Source: Candidatus Nomurabacteria bacterium (lineage in GTDB: Bacteria > Patescibacteriota > Minisyncoccia > Phycocordibacterales > UBA9973). From it: a stretch of 64,000 bases of DNA. A model generated the notes under the pieces. That model did no database searches, was not told where the DNA came from, and saw nothing but the letters and a program-made list of their open reading frames with translations. The number at the start of each line of letters is the position of its first letter. Position 1 is the stretch's first letter. Location: positions 64,603-128,602 of the forward strand of contig JAHFNT010000004.1 of assembly GCA_023267195.1 (NCBI GenBank), in the 5' to 3' direction. Positions 11,876 to 22,061 of this stretch are shown in pieces. A program made the translations under genes and the position numbers.

Positions 11876-13084
11876 CTAGCTTATACTTCCCGCCATATTG
11901 TAAATAGGCATTAAAACAGAAACCAAAAGTATCCCCACCCCTAAACCCAAAACTACAATCATCACCGGCTCTATAAGCCCGACTAAAGTATCAACCGCAT
12001 CGTCTACCTCGCGTTTATAAAAATCAGTTAATGTTTTTAATATAGTGCCTAGAGAACCGGTTTCCTCTCCCACCAGCACCATTTGCACCATAATTCCTGG
12101 TATTTGCTCCGGGTGTTTTTCAAATGCCATCGAAAGAGCCAATCCAGACTTTACAGAATCGGCAACTTCCACCAATAAATCTTTATATACCAGGGATCCT
12201 ACAACTTCAGCAGTAATATCTATGGCTCGCACTATTGGTACTCCTGAAGAAAGCATGGTATTTAGATTGTCTGTTATTCTGGAAAGATAGAGTTTTTTGT
12301 AGAGATTGCCCACTGCTGGCGTGGAAAGACGTAATGTATCCAAGTAAATTTTCCCTCTTGGGGTAGACGATAGTCGCCAAACCCAAATTCCCAAAAGTAC
12401 CAAGAAAATTAAAATAAAGAATCCATAATGAACAAATAAGTTTGAAACTGCTATCACTATTTTTGTAAAAAATGGTACCGCCTGTCCTGAGTCAAGAATA
12501 ATTGATGATAGTTTCGGAATGACAACAGTAAACATCAAGGTCATCACCACAATAAATGTAACAATAACAAAAGCTGGATAGATAAGGGCGTTTCTCGTCT
12601 TGGAAGTAAGAGCATATTGGCGATCTAAATATTCTGCCAAATGTAGAAATGTTTGGTTGAGTTTTCCTGTCTCTTCACCCACTTTCACCATGTTTATATA
12701 AAAATCGGAAAAAACATCTGTGTGGCGGGCCAAAGCCCCTGAAATAGAAATCCCCGCCTGAAGGTCATCTCCTATTTGAGTCAATTTTCTACCCAAAAGC
12801 TTATTTTCAGTATTGTTGGCAAGCATGGTGAAAGCCTTTAAAGCAGAAACTTGCGCCTCAAATAAGGTCGCAATTTGCCGCGATAAAATCACCACATCTT
12901 TTGGTTTTACCCTTTCAAAAAAAGAAATTTCAAAAATAGATTTATTTTCGCTTTGTTCATTTATAGATAGAATGATAAAACCGCGACGTTGAAGTCCGCT
13001 TATAGCTATATCGCGATTCGGAGCATCTATCTCTCCTTCTTTGCTTATTCCCTTGTCATCTATTGCCTTGTATTTAAATAACAT
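11876..13084 (-). CDS. pilC: Type IV pilus platform protein (PilC/GspF)
   Basis: Two T2SSF repeats (GEETGKL, GEETGSL), ALIYPAFV, LIEPVMIV. Confidence 0.95.
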   Translation of the reverse strand: MLFKYKAIDDKGISKEGEIDAPNRDIAISGLQRRGFIILSINEQSENKSIFEISFFERVKPKDVVILSRQIATLFEAQVSALKAFTMLANNTENKLLGRKLTQIGDDLQAGISISGALARHTDVFSDFYINMVKVGEETGKLNQTFLHLAEYLDRQYALTSKTRNALIYPAFVIVTFIVVMTLMFTVVIPKLSSIILDSGQAVPFFTKIVIAVSNLFVHYGFFILIFLVLLGIWVWRLSSTPRGKIYLDTLRLSTPAVGNLYKKLYLSRITDNLNTMLSSGVPIVRAIDITAEVVGSLVYKDLLVEVADSVKSGLALSMAFEKHPEQIPGIMVQMVLVGEETGSLGTILKTLTDFYKREVDDAVDTLVGLIEPVMIVVLGLGVGILLVSVLMPIYNMAGSIS

Positions 13085-13091
13085 AGAATTA

Positions 13092-14150
13092 TTATATCAA
13101 CCGTTCTAGGCCTTTCGGATTAAGCGAATACTGATAAGCATTTTCAATTGAAATTTCTCCTGCGCGAACCAGTTCAATAAGAGAATGGTTCAAATCTACC
13201 ATTCCGGATTCCATTCCTGTTTCTATAACAACATCTATTTCATGAGTACGTTTCTCGCGAATGAGGTTCGAAACCGCATTATTATTCAAGAGAAGTTCAT
13301 AAGCTGGTATGAGCCCACCTGAAATTCTAGGAATAAGTCTCTGGGAAAAAATTCCGAGAAGCGATGACGCAAGCTGGGCGCGAATTTGATCTTGTTGATT
13401 TCCAGGAAATGAGTCAATTATTCTATCAATCGTTTGCGAAGCATTATTGGTATGGAGAGTAGATAGCACCAAGTGCCCTGTCTCCGCTGCAGTCACCGCA
13501 GTTGAAATAGTTTCCGGCGTGCGCATTTCACCGATCATAATCACATTTACATCTTCACGAAATACTTCTTTCAGGGCTATATGGAAATCCTTGGTATCTA
13601 TGCCAACCTCTCGCTGATTAATGATAGATTTATTAGGCACATAAACATGTTCAATAGGATCTTCAATAGTTATGATATGCCGCGCCTGTTCGTTGTTGAT
13701 TATGTTAACCATTGCGGATAACGTGGTTGATTTTCCCTGCCCGACAGGACCAACAACTAAGAAAAACCCCTGCTTTTTCCGAGCCAAATCTGCTAGAATC
13801 GGGGGTAATTTTAGTTCGGAAATAGTTTGGACTTTGGGCACAAGTCTAAATACAATATTAACCAAACCTTTCTGGAAAAAGGCATTACCCCGCAGTCTTG
13901 CTTCTCCTCGAAAATCATAAGAAAAATCGGCTTCCTGGTTTTCTTTGAATTTTTCAACTTTGGCTTTGTCCAAAATTTCCCCCAGAAACCCAAGCATGTC
14001 TGCCTGTGTCAAAATCGAGTGTTTTGAAAGAAAAATAAGCTCACCCGATACGCGAACAGCCGGCACTCGTCCTGCACCCAGATGCAGATCGGAACCATCC
14101 TCACGAATAACATTCAAAATAAGTTCTTCTAATTCTTTTTTGTAGTCCAT
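13092..14150 (-). CDS. pilT: Pilus retraction ATPase
   Basis: GPVGQGKSTT, TIEDPIE, GEMR, AAETGHLVLSTLHT. Confidence 0.95.
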   Translation of the reverse strand: MDYKKELEELILNVIREDGSDLHLGAGRVPAVRVSGELIFLSKHSILTQADMLGFLGEILDKAKVEKFKENQEADFSYDFRGEARLRGNAFFQKGLVNIVFRLVPKVQTISELKLPPILADLARKKQGFFLVVGPVGQGKSTTLSAMVNIINNEQARHIITIEDPIEHVYVPNKSIINQREVGIDTKDFHIALKEVFREDVNVIMIGEMRTPETISTAVTAAETGHLVLSTLHTNNASQTIDRIIDSFPGNQQDQIRAQLASSLLGIFSQRLIPRISGGLIPAYELLLNNNAVSNLIREKRTHEIDVVIETGMESGMVDLNHSLIELVRAGEISIENAYQYSLNPKGLERLI

Positions 14151-14153
14151 ATT

Positions 14154-14561
14154 TTAATCTGTAATTTTTTTTAAAACTTTATTTTCTAAAATTTTTACTA
14201 CTTGGTCTATTACCTCTGTCGGGGTAGAGTTTGCTTTCACAATATAGCCCGCAACTCCTAATTTATTGCTTTTTTCTATATCTTCTTGCTCGTTCTTATT
14301 GGACAACACTACCCTCATACAATTAGAGCATAGCTTTTCTTTGTTCATTTGTTCCATGGCTTCAAAACCATCCATCTCTGGCATTATTATATCCATAAGA
14401 AGAAGATCAGGAGATAATCCGCCTCTTAATTTTTCGAGAGCCTGTAATCCACTTGCCGCAGTATAAACCTCAAAACCGTTTTGGCTGAATTTTAGTGCAT
14501 ACATATCCAGAAGGAAACTATCATCATCCACTATTAAAATTTTTTTTCTTTCTCCCTCCAT
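14154..14561 (-). CDS. Single-domain response regulator (CheY-like)
   Basis: ILIVDDD, LLMDIIMPEMDG, GYIVK. Confidence 0.9.
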   Translation of the reverse strand: MEGERKKILIVDDDSFLLDMYALKFSQNGFEVYTAASGLQALEKLRGGLSPDLLLMDIIMPEMDGFEAMEQMNKEKLCSNCMRVVLSNKNEQEDIEKSNKLGVAGYIVKANSTPTEVIDQVVKILENKVLKKITD

Positions 14562-14625
14562 ATACAAGCTAATTATACTACACAATAGCTTCTAATAGAA
14601 ACCCTAAAAATATACGCTAAGCAAA

Positions 14626-16368
14626 CTACTCGTTTTCGTTGCTAAAATTATAAACTTCAGTAAAAGGAATTACCCCTTGTAGTGATTTTAGCATTGCATC
14701 CTCCCTCATCATTAACATACCCTTACTACGTGCCAGCTTGTAAATTGCCGCATCAGTAGGATTTTTTAAGATTACTGCCTGCATTTCCTTGTCAATTTTA
14801 AACATCTCAAAAACGGCAATACGCCCTCTTGTTCCAGAGGGACATTCCGGCGAAGGCACTGTATCATACATCTTATCGCCTATTGTTGGTTTAAATTTAT
14901 CTGGCAGATCTTTCATTTGTTCTTCAATTTGAATTTTGATGCTTGGATCCATGGGCATTTCTTTGCGCGAAGCTGGAAAAGTCATTCGAGCCAAACGTTG
15001 GGCAATGGATACTATCAAGGTAGGGGCAATTAGGTATGGATCTACCCCCATATCTACAAGGCGAGGAATTGCTCCGATTGCGTTGTTGGTGTGAAGGGTA
15101 GAGAGCACAAGATGCCCAGTTAGAGCAGCCTGAATTGCAAGCTGGGCTGTTTCTTTATCACGAATTTCTCCAACCATTATTATGTCCGGGTCCTGTCGTA
15201 AAATTGAACGAAGCCCTGAAGCAAACGTGTATCCAATTTCTGGCATCATTTGCGATTGATTGATATCCGGCATATGATACTCCACTGGATCTTCCAGAGA
15301 TATAATATTACTTTTTTCTTTATCAAGCGCATTCATCATTGAATATAGTGTTGTTGATTTTCCAGAACCAGTCGGCCCAGTCACCAAGATTAAACCGTAC
15401 GGCCTTGTTATCGCCTCTTTGAGTATGTTTAAATTTACTTCAGACAATCCCAATTGATCTAGGGGTTTGACGCCTTTTTCAGAATCCAAAATACGCATCA
15501 CAACCTTCTCTCCATAATATGCCGGCATCGTAGAAACACGGAAATCAATTTTATGCCCATCAATATTTGCACTGAAGGATCCGTCTTGGGGTTTACGTTT
15601 CTCATCCAGTCTCAACTTGGCAAGAATTTTTATACGTGCGACAATTCCACCATAAACATTTGGCGGCAATACTATTGTGGTGTGGAGCACCCCATCCACG
15701 CGAAAACGTACTTTAACTTTTTCACCAGTATGTTCAATATGGATATCAGAAGCACCCCCTTCTATCGCATTTCGCAATATTACCGCAACAATTTTTATAA
15801 CAGGAGCATCTTCCACAATCTTTACCTCCTCTCCTAATTTTATATTTTTAATTTCCTTGCTGAGATTTTCTTCGCTCACACCCTTTGCATCATCCATATC
15901 TTCTTTGCTTAGTTCTTTCAATGCTTCTTCTACTTGAATTCCCATTCCTCTGTACGTCTGTATTATGCTTTCGTAGTCACTTTTAGAAATCAGAAAAATT
16001 TTAAATGGAATACCAACTTTGGTGGAAATAAATTGAAGCGCGTCCATCGCTTGTATATTTTCTGGGTCCATTACCCCCACCTCAAGCACACCATCCTTTA
16101 ATTCAATTGGAGCAAAATGATAGTGTACGGCTGAATCTTCAGAAATATACTTAAGCACATCAAAGGAAATTTCTTCTAAATTTACCTTTTTCACCGGTAT
16201 GCCCAAATACTCCCCCCTCGTCTCAAGGATTTTTTCTTCTGGAATACCAAATTGGGCAAGCGCCTCATCAATATTTCCATCCCATTCCTTTGCTGCGCGA
16301 CTTTTAATCTCGCCTATCTGGCTTCCTTTTATTAAACCTTTTTTTGCTAATTCTTCTAAAAAACTCAT
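14626..16368 (-). CDS. pilB: Pilus assembly ATPase (PilB/GspE)
   Basis: ASDIHIE, GPTGSGKSTT, LRQDPD, TGHLVLSTLHTN. Confidence 0.95.
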   Translation of the reverse strand: MSFLEELAKKGLIKGSQIGEIKSRAAKEWDGNIDEALAQFGIPEEKILETRGEYLGIPVKKVNLEEISFDVLKYISEDSAVHYHFAPIELKDGVLEVGVMDPENIQAMDALQFISTKVGIPFKIFLISKSDYESIIQTYRGMGIQVEEALKELSKEDMDDAKGVSEENLSKEIKNIKLGEEVKIVEDAPVIKIVAVILRNAIEGGASDIHIEHTGEKVKVRFRVDGVLHTTIVLPPNVYGGIVARIKILAKLRLDEKRKPQDGSFSANIDGHKIDFRVSTMPAYYGEKVVMRILDSEKGVKPLDQLGLSEVNLNILKEAITRPYGLILVTGPTGSGKSTTLYSMMNALDKEKSNIISLEDPVEYHMPDINQSQMMPEIGYTFASGLRSILRQDPDIIMVGEIRDKETAQLAIQAALTGHLVLSTLHTNNAIGAIPRLVDMGVDPYLIAPTLIVSIAQRLARMTFPASRKEMPMDPSIKIQIEEQMKDLPDKFKPTIGDKMYDTVPSPECPSGTRGRIAVFEMFKIDKEMQAVILKNPTDAAIYKLARSKGMLMMREDAMLKSLQGVIPFTEVYNFSNENE

Positions 16369-16380
16369 AACTCTTTTGGA

Positions 16381-16797
16381 TTACGGCGTAGCTGGGGCTC
16401 CGGTCGGAGCGGCAACACTACCAGAATTACTTATGGGCGCCGACATTTCATCATTACCAAATTGAGCAAAAGGATTTGGACGCCCTTCGTTGCCATCCGG
16501 AATAAGAGTAATACTAGAATCGTGCAAATTATTAAAAGATGGATCGGAAAAAATCGAGTCGTCTAGTTTTATATTCTTGACATTCAGTAACAATGCAAGA
16601 AAATCTTTGGCAACCACGGGAGTTTCACTTAGGGCACCCGCCCCAAATTCAGAACTATTTGTGCTAGCAGGCAAACCGAGAGAAGGCGAAGAAACTAAAT
16701 TTTCCTGAGGGGAAGATTCTTTAATATAAAAAATATAAATAAGAACAAAAACTGCCGCAATTCCAGTAAATATTAAGATGTTTTTAAGTTTTGGCAT
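16381..16797 (-). CDS. Pilus-associated membrane protein (PilP position)
   Basis: N-terminal TM helix, GRPNPF motif, follows pilO. Confidence 0.6.
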   Translation of the reverse strand: MPKLKNILIFTGIAAVFVLIYIFYIKESSPQENLVSSPSLGLPASTNSSEFGAGALSETPVVAKDFLALLLNVKNIKLDDSIFSDPSFNNLHDSSITLIPDGNEGRPNPFAQFGNDEMSAPISNSGSVAAPTGAPATP

Positions 16798-16821
16798 TTT
16801 TCTATTGTATTTATTTAAATT

Positions 16822-17427
16822 TTAATTTTTCAGCCAGTAAGTTTTAATTTTGAAATCGTATTTATATATTTCCGAAGAAGTTGTTTTGCCACCGACACCC
16901 ACATTGGCAGAGTTTGAGGAAAATGCTACTGATGATATATCTACTATTCTAAGATTACTTTCTAAATCTTTGGTGAAATTAATAAAATTGTTGTAAGTCC
17001 CTGATGTAGAAAATTCTAAATCAAAAATTCCATAGTCTTTAGAAGCTGGTTTCAAGGTATTGCTCCCTTGAACCACTGCCCCTGCGCCCAGGGCGGCATT
17101 TGCATCCGGAGTGCTATATTTAACATCTTTCAAAACCATTCCATAAGGCATGGCTATCTGCTCTATTTCCAAGATGAGACGGATGTTGTCTACATTTTCA
17201 GGCAACAACTTGCTTAATCTCATCAAATTATCTGGATTGATAGAATTATATTTGGAAGTAAGCTTGTCACGCTCATTTTCGAGCGCTTTAGAATTATCCA
17301 GAGCTTCATTATAGGAAGCAGCTTCATTTTTTAATTCGGATATCCCGGTATAAATAGGATTGGTAAATACAAAAAAAATGGATATTGCGATTCCTATTAA
17401 AATAATTGGCGTAACAAATCTCATCAT
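16822..17427 (-). CDS. pilO: PilO-like alignment protein
   Basis: TM + coiled coil, LLPE, GTYNNFINF..DLESNLRIVDI. Confidence 0.8.
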   Translation of the reverse strand: MMRFVTPIILIGIAISIFFVFTNPIYTGISELKNEAASYNEALDNSKALENERDKLTSKYNSINPDNLMRLSKLLPENVDNIRLILEIEQIAMPYGMVLKDVKYSTPDANAALGAGAVVQGSNTLKPASKDYGIFDLEFSTSGTYNNFINFTKDLESNLRIVDISSVAFSSNSANVGVGGKTTSSEIYKYDFKIKTYWLKN

Positions 17428-17453
17428 AAAAATTTATTCATTTAAATCAAACT

Positions 17454-18050
17454 TTAAATTTGCGCCGAAAATGCTTGCTTATAATTCACAAATGAAGGAT
17501 CGACCGAAAACTCCAGATCAAACAGCACATTGCCACTCTGGTCTAAAGTTAAATTGGAAAAAACAGGATCAATCAAATTCTTGTTTTGGGCAAACAAATC
17601 AGACTGCAAAGCTATTGAACGATACCCTATAGCCTGCCCAGACATTTTTATGTCTATTGCAATATTTTTATCTGTGTTTAAGACATAACTGAATTTAGTA
17701 AAACGAACAGTCTTCATAGTAAGCTGTTCAAGCGCGCTGAAAATCGGCGTAACTGTAATATGTTTGGATAAAACTTCGCTTGAAGCGCGCAAACGTTTGT
17801 CTAGAACTTGCAACTCGGCTATTTTGGAAGGCTCAAAACGATTTCTAGCCAAGGCTAAGGTATTTTCCATTTCAGCAATACTTTTGTTCAAAATCCCCCG
17901 GTAAAAGTACAATCCGCCTGTCGCCAAAAGCACAGCAAATAAAATAAACAAAGAAATAACCAAAAAAATACTCACGGGCCTAGAAGAAACAGCGTCTTCC
18001 TTGATTAGAGGCTTTTTGGGTATAAATGATGTTTGAAAATTTTGCTCCAT
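17454..18050 (-). CDS. pilN: PilN-like alignment protein
   Basis: FQTSFIPK N-terminus, TM, coiled coil; lies between pilM and pilO. Confidence 0.75.
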   Translation of the reverse strand: MEQNFQTSFIPKKPLIKEDAVSSRPVSIFLVISLFILFAVLLATGGLYFYRGILNKSIAEMENTLALARNRFEPSKIAELQVLDKRLRASSEVLSKHITVTPIFSALEQLTMKTVRFTKFSYVLNTDKNIAIDIKMSGQAIGYRSIALQSDLFAQNKNLIDPVFSNLTLDQSGNVLFDLEFSVDPSFVNYKQAFSAQI

Positions 18051-18133
18051 TATACTCTACTATTATATTACAAAAACAACTTTTTAAAAAGTAAATTGTG
18101 CATAACTTCCTTTAAGCATGACCTCCCTCTTTG

Positions 18134-19261
18134 TTATTGTAGCTTTCTCAATGCCAAACCAAGTGCCACGGCAAATTCCGGGCCCATCGCAGAAAGAACT
18201 TTCTCCAAAAATGCCGGGGCTTCCACTTTGGAAAATGGATGACCTATTTCTACCTCAGCTCTGAAATTATTTACCGCCACTTCTGAAAGTCCTTTTAGTA
18301 AAGATCCCCCTCCGGTAAATATCACCTTACTGATAGTCCGGTTATATTTCTTTTCATACCCCAGCAGAACATTGTTGGCTTCTGAAAATATGTAATCAAT
18401 ATGAACTCGGATAATGTCAGCCAAACTTTTCTCCGTACTATCACCGAACAAACCAAACTCTTTTTTCATTTTTTCGGCTTGGGCGAAGGGAATGCTCAAG
18501 GATTTGGAAATTGAATTGGAGATATCCGCGCCCCCCCTATCTATCGTGTGATAATTTTTAACCATCCCAAATTCCACAATAGAAAGTTTGGTACGTGACG
18601 CGCCAAAATCTATCAATAAAACCGGGGAAAGCTCGTGCTCAAAATTTGCACGAATGGAAGAAAATATTTCAACTTCAAAAAAAGAAGCATTTAGGTCACA
18701 TTGAGAAATAACTGACTTATATTTGGCTACTGCATCGTTCTGGGTAGCCACCACCAACACATTAATTTTATTTATTTGCTCCAGGGAAGAATCGCCGCTA
18801 TTCATCTCTTCAAAAGAAGATTCTTTTTTGGGTAAAATAAAGTAGTCAACTGAAACTTCAGTAATTGGAACTGGTATATATTTACGGGCTTCAGTAGAAA
18901 CAATGGTAGACAATTCAGCATCGTTCATTTCAGCCGGAAGTGTAAGAGTAAAAATTAAACTTGATTGAATAGGAATAGAAAGAGCCAAGTTTGTACCAGT
19001 AACGCCAGATTGCTTTAAAACCTCCTGTAGAGCTAGGACTATTTTTTCAACCGGAAGATTTGTAACACGCCCAGAATCCTGATCCGCATAAGGACCCAAG
19101 GATATAGCGCCATAGGTTTCAAGCACGGCTTTGCCTCCCTTTTTTTTAATTTCAACCACCTTGATAGCGGAAGATCCAATGTCTACTCCGACAGCGCTGT
19201 CTTCTCTCCCACCCCCAATTTTGCCAAAACCTGAAAAAATATTCTTTAATAAATTGCTCAT
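18134..19261 (-). CDS. pilM: Type IV pilus assembly protein PilM
   Basis: GVDIGSSAIKVVE, IDFGASRT, FTGGGS, AVALGLALR. Confidence 0.95.
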   Translation of the reverse strand: MSNLLKNIFSGFGKIGGGREDSAVGVDIGSSAIKVVEIKKKGGKAVLETYGAISLGPYADQDSGRVTNLPVEKIVLALQEVLKQSGVTGTNLALSIPIQSSLIFTLTLPAEMNDAELSTIVSTEARKYIPVPITEVSVDYFILPKKESSFEEMNSGDSSLEQINKINVLVVATQNDAVAKYKSVISQCDLNASFFEVEIFSSIRANFEHELSPVLLIDFGASRTKLSIVEFGMVKNYHTIDRGGADISNSISKSLSIPFAQAEKMKKEFGLFGDSTEKSLADIIRVHIDYIFSEANNVLLGYEKKYNRTISKVIFTGGGSLLKGLSEVAVNNFRAEVEIGHPFSKVEAPAFLEKVLSAMGPEFAVALGLALRKLQ

Positions 19262-19299
19262 ATAAATATATGGTAAAATACTTGTTGATTATAACATAT

Positions 19300-19983
19300 A
19301 TGTATTTTTTGAACACTATCATAGAAAATATACTCAGTATAGTTTTTCCTATAAAATGTATATCGTGTGGAGATACTGGAGCATATTTGTGCTTAAAGTG
19401 CCTTAGCAATGTTCCTCGGGCAGAACGCGAGAGCGCAGAATGGATTTTCTCCCTTTACGATTATCGGGATCCAATAATGAAAAAATCCTTATGGTTTCTA
19501 AAATACAAAGGCAAAAAGATGCTAGCAAATGTTTTTGCGGAAATAATCTATGAAAAAATTTTGGAAGAACTATCCGAATTGTCCGTAATGGAAAATTTTA
19601 ATAATGCTATTTTAATTCCCATCCCCCTCTCCCAAAAACGATATCGTGAGCGCGGATTTAATCAAGCTGAATTGATTTGCCGAGAGTTGATCAAAATAAA
19701 TTCCCTACGCGACAATCTAAATATAAAGTTAGAAATTAATATTTTAATAAAACCCAGGGATACCGAACATCAAGCACGTATTAAAGACAGAAATACAAGA
19801 TTAAAAAATCTTTCCGGTTCTTTTGCGATAAAAAATTCAGAGCAAAATGGAAGTTTAGTAAAAAACAGAAATATAATTTTAATAGACGATATCACCACTA
19901 CCGGCGCAACTTTGAGTGAAGCAAGGAAAGTTTTAAGGCGCTCCGGTGCACGCAAAATCATAGCTTTTACTGTAGCGCATTAA
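19300..19983 (+). CDS. comF: ComF-family competence protein (phosphoribosyltransferase fold); alternative start 19270
   Basis: CxxC...CxxC, RGFNQAE, ILIDDITTTGAT. Confidence 0.92.
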   Translation: MYFLNTIIENILSIVFPIKCISCGDTGAYLCLKCLSNVPRAERESAEWIFSLYDYRDPIMKKSLWFLKYKGKKMLANVFAEIIYEKILEELSELSVMENFNNAILIPIPLSQKRYRERGFNQAELICRELIKINSLRDNLNIKLEINILIKPRDTEHQARIKDRNTRLKNLSGSFAIKNSEQNGSLVKNRNIILIDDITTTGATLSEARKVLRRSGARKIIAFTVAH

Positions 19984-19999
19984 CCCCCCCTCTTTGCTT

Positions 20000-20019
20000 C
20001 TCCCCCTTATCAGGGGGAG
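20000..20019. repeat. GC-rich hairpin (REP-like or terminator) between convergent genes
   Basis: ctccccct-tatc-agggggag. Confidence 0.5.
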
Positions 20020-20043
20020 TTTGATGGATTTTTCTTCAAAAAA

Positions 20044-21252
20044 CTAGAGCCCCCATAAATCCCAGATTTTTCCAGCAATATTTTTTGGCTTGCCGTAAAG
20101 TGCATAATAATGCAAATCAATAAATGGCAGTGTATTACATTCAATAATTCCCCATCGCTGAGTTGTAGCCTCCCGCGTGGGATCTGGCACAATACAATCC
20201 AGACCTATGACGGGCAGATTCACGATTTTTGCCGCATTGGTTAAAATAGGAATAAAACTTGGATGTAATTCATCCAACATTTCTCTGGTAACCCCACCAA
20301 AAAGACGCCCGGTGCGATGCGAGAGTGGCAAGCGAACTCCGGCAGGCAACACACTATCCATTTTGAAACCCAAACGTAAAATGTGATTTTTTAGTTCATC
20401 ATTTACCAGCACTTTTTCTACTCTCACTGGACGCTTTTCATCTTTTTCTCTTATGAGTTGTATGATGCTCTTTTCTCCATCTCCTATAACAAAAGGCGCG
20501 GATCCCCGATAAAAACCCATCAGCACTCCATCAACAAAAGTTGCGCGGCACACATCTCCTTCTAGGTGCTCTTCAGCCACCAAGTAACTGCAAATTTTTT
20601 TTGCAACGCCGACAGCCTGTTTAAATTCTTCTAAGTTATGAATATTGGTGATTGTATGCCTGCCGCGCGACCCTACCCTTGGTTTTACAATTATCGGCGT
20701 TTTAAACTTGGAAAATATATTCTCAAGATTCTGCGGGTAAAATGCCGCGAACTGATAATAATCAGGCACTGGAATATTCTTTTTAGAAAACTCTTTTTTT
20801 AGTAAAAATTTATCATCCCAGTTTTCACTCATATTTAAAAGTTTCTGCGGTATAGGCAAACTGTTGAAATAGACGATAGAACCATTTATTTTTGCCCTAT
20901 ATTGATCGATGGCTTTGCCAAACATTATGATCTGTTTCATTTCAATTCCCCGTCTGTTCGCCTCTTCCCAGATTACCCGCGAACGCAGGGTCGTTGATTT
21001 ATTAATATCGTCTGAAAGTTTTATAACATTAAAAAATAAAAGTATTTCAAAAAAAGAATACAGGAGCCAATCGACAAAATTACGCAGAAAATCAGGCGCG
21101 TTTTTTGTGACTTTGAGTACATGCCTATCAATAGTCATTGATATTAAACTTGCAAAGAAAAAGAGTCCGTGATTTATCGGCGCGTCTCCGCAATATATAC
21201 AAGAAACAATTCCACGATGAGGCTCAATATTTGATTTAACTGATTTTTCCAT
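20044..21252 (-). CDS. ATP-grasp protein, cyanophycin synthetase/GshAB-like domain
   Basis: DDKFLLK, IVKPRVGSRGR, VIGDG, GLDCI, IIECNTLP. Confidence 0.75.
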   Translation of the reverse strand: MEKSVKSNIEPHRGIVSCIYCGDAPINHGLFFFASLISMTIDRHVLKVTKNAPDFLRNFVDWLLYSFFEILLFFNVIKLSDDINKSTTLRSRVIWEEANRRGIEMKQIIMFGKAIDQYRAKINGSIVYFNSLPIPQKLLNMSENWDDKFLLKKEFSKKNIPVPDYYQFAAFYPQNLENIFSKFKTPIIVKPRVGSRGRHTITNIHNLEEFKQAVGVAKKICSYLVAEEHLEGDVCRATFVDGVLMGFYRGSAPFVIGDGEKSIIQLIREKDEKRPVRVEKVLVNDELKNHILRLGFKMDSVLPAGVRLPLSHRTGRLFGGVTREMLDELHPSFIPILTNAAKIVNLPVIGLDCIVPDPTREATTQRWGIIECNTLPFIDLHYYALYGKPKNIAGKIWDLWGL

Positions 21253-21268
21253 AATTTTTCTGAGTATG

Positions 21269-21295
21269 AAAAGAGACAGCGTAGCTGTCTCTTTT
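21269..21295. terminator. Bidirectional intrinsic terminator hairpin
   Basis: aaaagagacagc-gta-gctgtctctttt. Confidence 0.75.
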
Positions 21296-21453
21296 AGAAC
21301 AAAACAAACATTTTTAGTGGCCTCCTGTCATATAATTAATCTGACTTGAAATTTTATAATATACGACCTTTTTTATTATATCACATAAATACAACAAGCA
21401 AGAATGCGCGACTGCGATTATCTAAGTCCACAACCCCAAACAAAATCATTATA

Positions 21454-22044
21454 CTACAAAGGCTTAAATAATTCTTCCAATTCCTTTTTCTTATCGGGGT
21501 TATGTTTAACTTCCTGTAATTTAAGGCCAACTTCCTGTTCTGCAAAATATATGTCTTTGCGGCTCGGCATATCTATAAATTCGTCCAAGGTAACGGGCAA
21601 TAATTTTATTTTTTCCCCCGCGTCCAAATTTAAATTTGAAATTTTTTTCAAACCCTTGGCAATAAAAACATAAACTGCCCAGTCGACTTTTGGGAGCGAG
21701 TTTTGAGCGAACCATAAAATAAATTCGTCCGCAACATACCCGCTTTCCTCCAAGAGCTCTCGCCGTGCCGCAGTCAACACATCTTCCCCTTCATCTACTC
21801 GCCCACCAGTGCCTCCGATAAATAGTCCTTTGCCTGGTTGCTCTTGTTCAGTCAAAAGAATCTTTCCATCCGGCAACACTGCAAAAATCGTCACATTGTC
21901 CGCGCGTTTAGCTTTTTCAAAAATTGCCCGAGTACCATCATACATTTCTTGCTCCCATTGATAAACATCAAAAATTACTCCTTTAAAGACCCTTTTGGCG
22001 TGAGGTGGTATTGGCTGTTTGGGTAAAGGGCGTTCTATGTTCAT
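21454..22044 (-). CDS. NUDIX hydrolase (ADP-ribose pyrophosphatase-like)
   Basis: Nudix box GRVDEGEDVLTAARRELLEESG. Confidence 0.9.
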   Translation of the reverse strand: MNIERPLPKQPIPPHAKRVFKGVIFDVYQWEQEMYDGTRAIFEKAKRADNVTIFAVLPDGKILLTEQEQPGKGLFIGGTGGRVDEGEDVLTAARRELLEESGYVADEFILWFAQNSLPKVDWAVYVFIAKGLKKISNLNLDAGEKIKLLPVTLDEFIDMPSRKDIYFAEQEVGLKLQEVKHNPDKKKELEELFKPL

Positions 22045-22061
22045 AAAGTTATTATAAATCA

